Shown in pieces: positions 61,935 to 64,000 of a stretch of DNA of 64,000 bases. Under the pieces are notes generated by a model, which made no database searches, was not told the origin of the DNA, and saw only the letters and a program-made list of their open reading frames with translations. Origin of the DNA: a virus; the IMG/VR virus record IMGVR_UViG_3300032246_002821, positions 96,001 to 160,000 of that record; one strand, written 5' to 3'. The translations under genes were made by a program, and so were the position numbers. Numbering within the stretch: the first letter of the stretch is position 1; every line of letters starts with the position of its first letter.

Positions 61935-63329
61935 ATGGGTCAGTTTTTTTACGACAAACAGATACGTAGATTTGTCAACCAGTTTGTAAGATTTTTCAGT
62001 GAGATGTACGTGGAGTACGGCAACGATCTCAACGGCAATCCAGTGTTGTACCGCGTACCTGTGCGCTATGCAGATACAAACAGGCAAGTGGCTGCTATAC
62101 TCAAACAGAACAGCGACAACAGCGTCAACAGTGTGCCTGCCATGGTTGTCTATATTACCAAGGTGGATTATGACCGCACACGTATGCAGAATCCCACACA
62201 CGTGGATCAGAGACAGATCAGGACCAGGGCCAGCGATCCCACTACTGGTACAGTGGGAACCACGCAAGGACAGGCTTTGAGCGTAGACAGGCTGATGCCT
62301 GTGCCATACAAGATAACGATGGTAATGGAATTGTGGACCACGAATTTTGATCAGAAATTGCAGTTGTGGGAGCAGATATGCAGCCAATTCAATCCGGATA
62401 TGGAGATACAGAGCACAGATAACTGGCTGGACTGGACCAGCCTCAGTTATATCCTATTGACTGCCACCAATTGGACCACACGCAACATACCTGTGGGCAC
62501 AGACGATCCCATAGATGTTGCCACACTCACTTTCGAATTACCCATATGGCTCACCACTCCTGCCAAGCTGAAAAGGCTGGGCGTCATACAGAGCGTGGTG
62601 GGCAGCGTTTACGATGCCAACGGCGATCTGATACAGGCTGTGGTGGACCAGATCAATCTATTGGGAGACAGGCAGTATTTCACGCCCACTGGCTATCAGA
62701 TAGTGGTGAACAATGGCGTTGCAACCCTGTTCAACAGGGCAGGACCGGTGTTGAACAACACGAATTTCACCATACCCACAACCAACAGCAACCAGATCAA
62801 ATGGGCACCTGTGATAAACAGTTTCGGCGAGATCAAGAACGGTTACAGTCTCTTGTATCTCACAGACAGCATCACACAGCGATTGGTCACAGGTACCATC
62901 AGTTACAATCCCACCAATGAATACGAACTTTTATTCACTGTAGATCCAGCCACGGTTCCCACAAACAACGTCAGTGCCATAAATGCCGTGGTAGATCCGG
63001 CTGTGAACGGTCCAGGAGTAGGCTTGCCCGCTGCTGCGATAGGACAACGATACCTGCTGGTAAATGATCTAGGTAATGCCAACAACCAGGCAGGAAACAG
63101 CCCACTGGCCTGGCAGAATTCAGACGGCAGCGGTCCCATAGCACAGGCCAACGACATCATACAGTATGATGGCAATAATTGGAACATAGATTTGCATCCT
63201 GTCAGCACCACGCCCACTAAGTATGTTACAAATACCTATTCAGGTATCCAATATATGTGGAACGGCGAACAATGGCAAAAAAGCTGGGAAGGACTGTATC
63301 CCGAAGGATTCTGGTCCATCGTGATCTGA
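61935..63329 (+). CDS. Tail terminator / tail completion protein (T4 gp15-like) with C-terminal extension
   Basis: FFYDKQIRRF, VPVRY, MPVPY, DQKLQLWEQI...FNP, TLTFELPIW. Confidence 0.8.
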   Translation: MGQFFYDKQIRRFVNQFVRFFSEMYVEYGNDLNGNPVLYRVPVRYADTNRQVAAILKQNSDNSVNSVPAMVVYITKVDYDRTRMQNPTHVDQRQIRTRASDPTTGTVGTTQGQALSVDRLMPVPYKITMVMELWTTNFDQKLQLWEQICSQFNPDMEIQSTDNWLDWTSLSYILLTATNWTTRNIPVGTDDPIDVATLTFELPIWLTTPAKLKRLGVIQSVVGSVYDANGDLIQAVVDQINLLGDRQYFTPTGYQIVVNNGVATLFNRAGPVLNNTNFTIPTTNSNQIKWAPVINSFGEIKNGYSLLYLTDSITQRLVTGTISYNPTNEYELLFTVDPATVPTNNVSAINAVVDPAVNGPGVGLPAAAIGQRYLLVNDLGNANNQAGNSPLAWQNSDGSGPIAQANDIIQYDGNNWNIDLHPVSTTPTKYVTNTYSGIQYMWNGEQWQKSWEGLYPEGFWSIVI

Positions 63330-63748
63330 CAGCGGCAGGTGCTCTGATAATCAGTGCCAAGACAGGCCGTGGTTTATTCCTGCTCAGGGATCAGGACACT
63401 TACAGCGATACCTGGGGCCTGGTGGGCGGACAGTTGAATTTCGACGAAACACTGCAACAGGGTCTGGCCAGAGAGATAACCGAAGAGATAGGTTTCCTGC
63501 CCATCATATTGAAAACCATACCACTGGAATTGTTCAGCAGCCCCGATGGGCATTTCAATTACCACACATTCGTGCTGATAGTAAAGAATGAATTCATACC
63601 TGAATTAAGCAGCGAGCACAAAGGCTATGCCTGGTGCAATCTGAACAATCATCCCAGACCCTTGCATCCTGGCCTATACAACAGTTTAAACAACAGTATC
63701 ATACAGGAAAAGCTGTCCCTGATCTTGGACCTATTAGAAGTCGCCTAG
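63257..63748 (+). CDS. Nudix hydrolase (start uncertain)
   Basis: WGLVGG...ETLQQGLAREITEEIG Nudix box; LSSEHKGYAW. Confidence 0.9.
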   Translation: MERRTMAKKLGRTVSRRILVHRDLTAAGALIISAKTGRGLFLLRDQDTYSDTWGLVGGQLNFDETLQQGLAREITEEIGFLPIILKTIPLELFSSPDGHFNYHTFVLIVKNEFIPELSSEHKGYAWCNLNNHPRPLHPGLYNSLNNSIIQEKLSLILDLLEVA

Positions 63749-64000
63749 CAGCACGGCTTCCCTTACACTGACTTCAGTATAATTGGGTAGAGTTGAAAGA
63801 TCTACATTTGTTTTGCCAGTATATTGGGTTTTTACCCTATAAAATTGTGTATCAGGATATAATTTAATCAAATCATATAGAAACATATGGAATTTATTAA
63901 AACATTCAGGAGAGACTGGATCAGTATATCCTGGGGTATTGGAATATACGTTGCCTACTTGGAGACCATCTGTTCCATCCATACCAAATAAAAATATTTT
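63734..64000 (-). CDS. Hypothetical protein, 3' part only
   Basis: Open frame entering from the window end. Confidence 0.55.
   Translation of the reverse strand, partial: KIFLFGMDGTDGLQVGNVYSNTPGYTDPVSPECFNKFHMFLYDLIKLYPDTQFYRVKTQYTGKTNVDLSTLPNYTEVSVREAVLLGDF

Noticed and set aside
1-64000. Bacterial chromosome or prophage
   Set aside because: There are no rRNA or housekeeping operons and no integrase. T4-type late promoters, virion genes and CCA-encoding tRNA arrays span the whole window.

Overview
This window is a 64-kb segment of a large T4-like myophage genome (contractile tail, standard genetic code). Bases 1-19.7 kb (mostly minus strand) hold a late/virion module: terminase large subunit, gp4-like head-completion nuclease, tail tube and tube-like proteins, a 1124-aa tail sheath, dNMP kinase, a gp13-like neck protein, and a run of probable internal head proteins with T4-like capsid-targeting N-termini. 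Bases 19.7-45.4 kb are accessory: B12 radical SAM, MBD4-like glycosylase, GGCT, a Pnk-type phosphatase, a putative endonuclease next to a DNA methyltransferase, an RMF-like peptide, sugar-modifying genes, an NHLP-like protein, and an olsB / plcP / GT4 block with Pho-box-like repeats. Bases 45.4-55 kb contain 22 tRNA genes interleaved with CDS, two tRNA-like elements and three structured intergenic RNAs. Bases 55-64 kb contain an SSS transporter / sulfotransferase-like / methyltransferase cluster, gp14- and gp15-like genes and a Nudix gene. The two strongest leads are (1) a ribosome-dependent attenuator heading the tRNA region, whose 25-codon leader uses 19 of the 20 amino acids, and (2) a phage-borne phosphate-starvation lipid-remodelling module with Pho-box-like repeats. 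All calls come from reading motifs and base-pairing by eye; no searches or folding programs were run.
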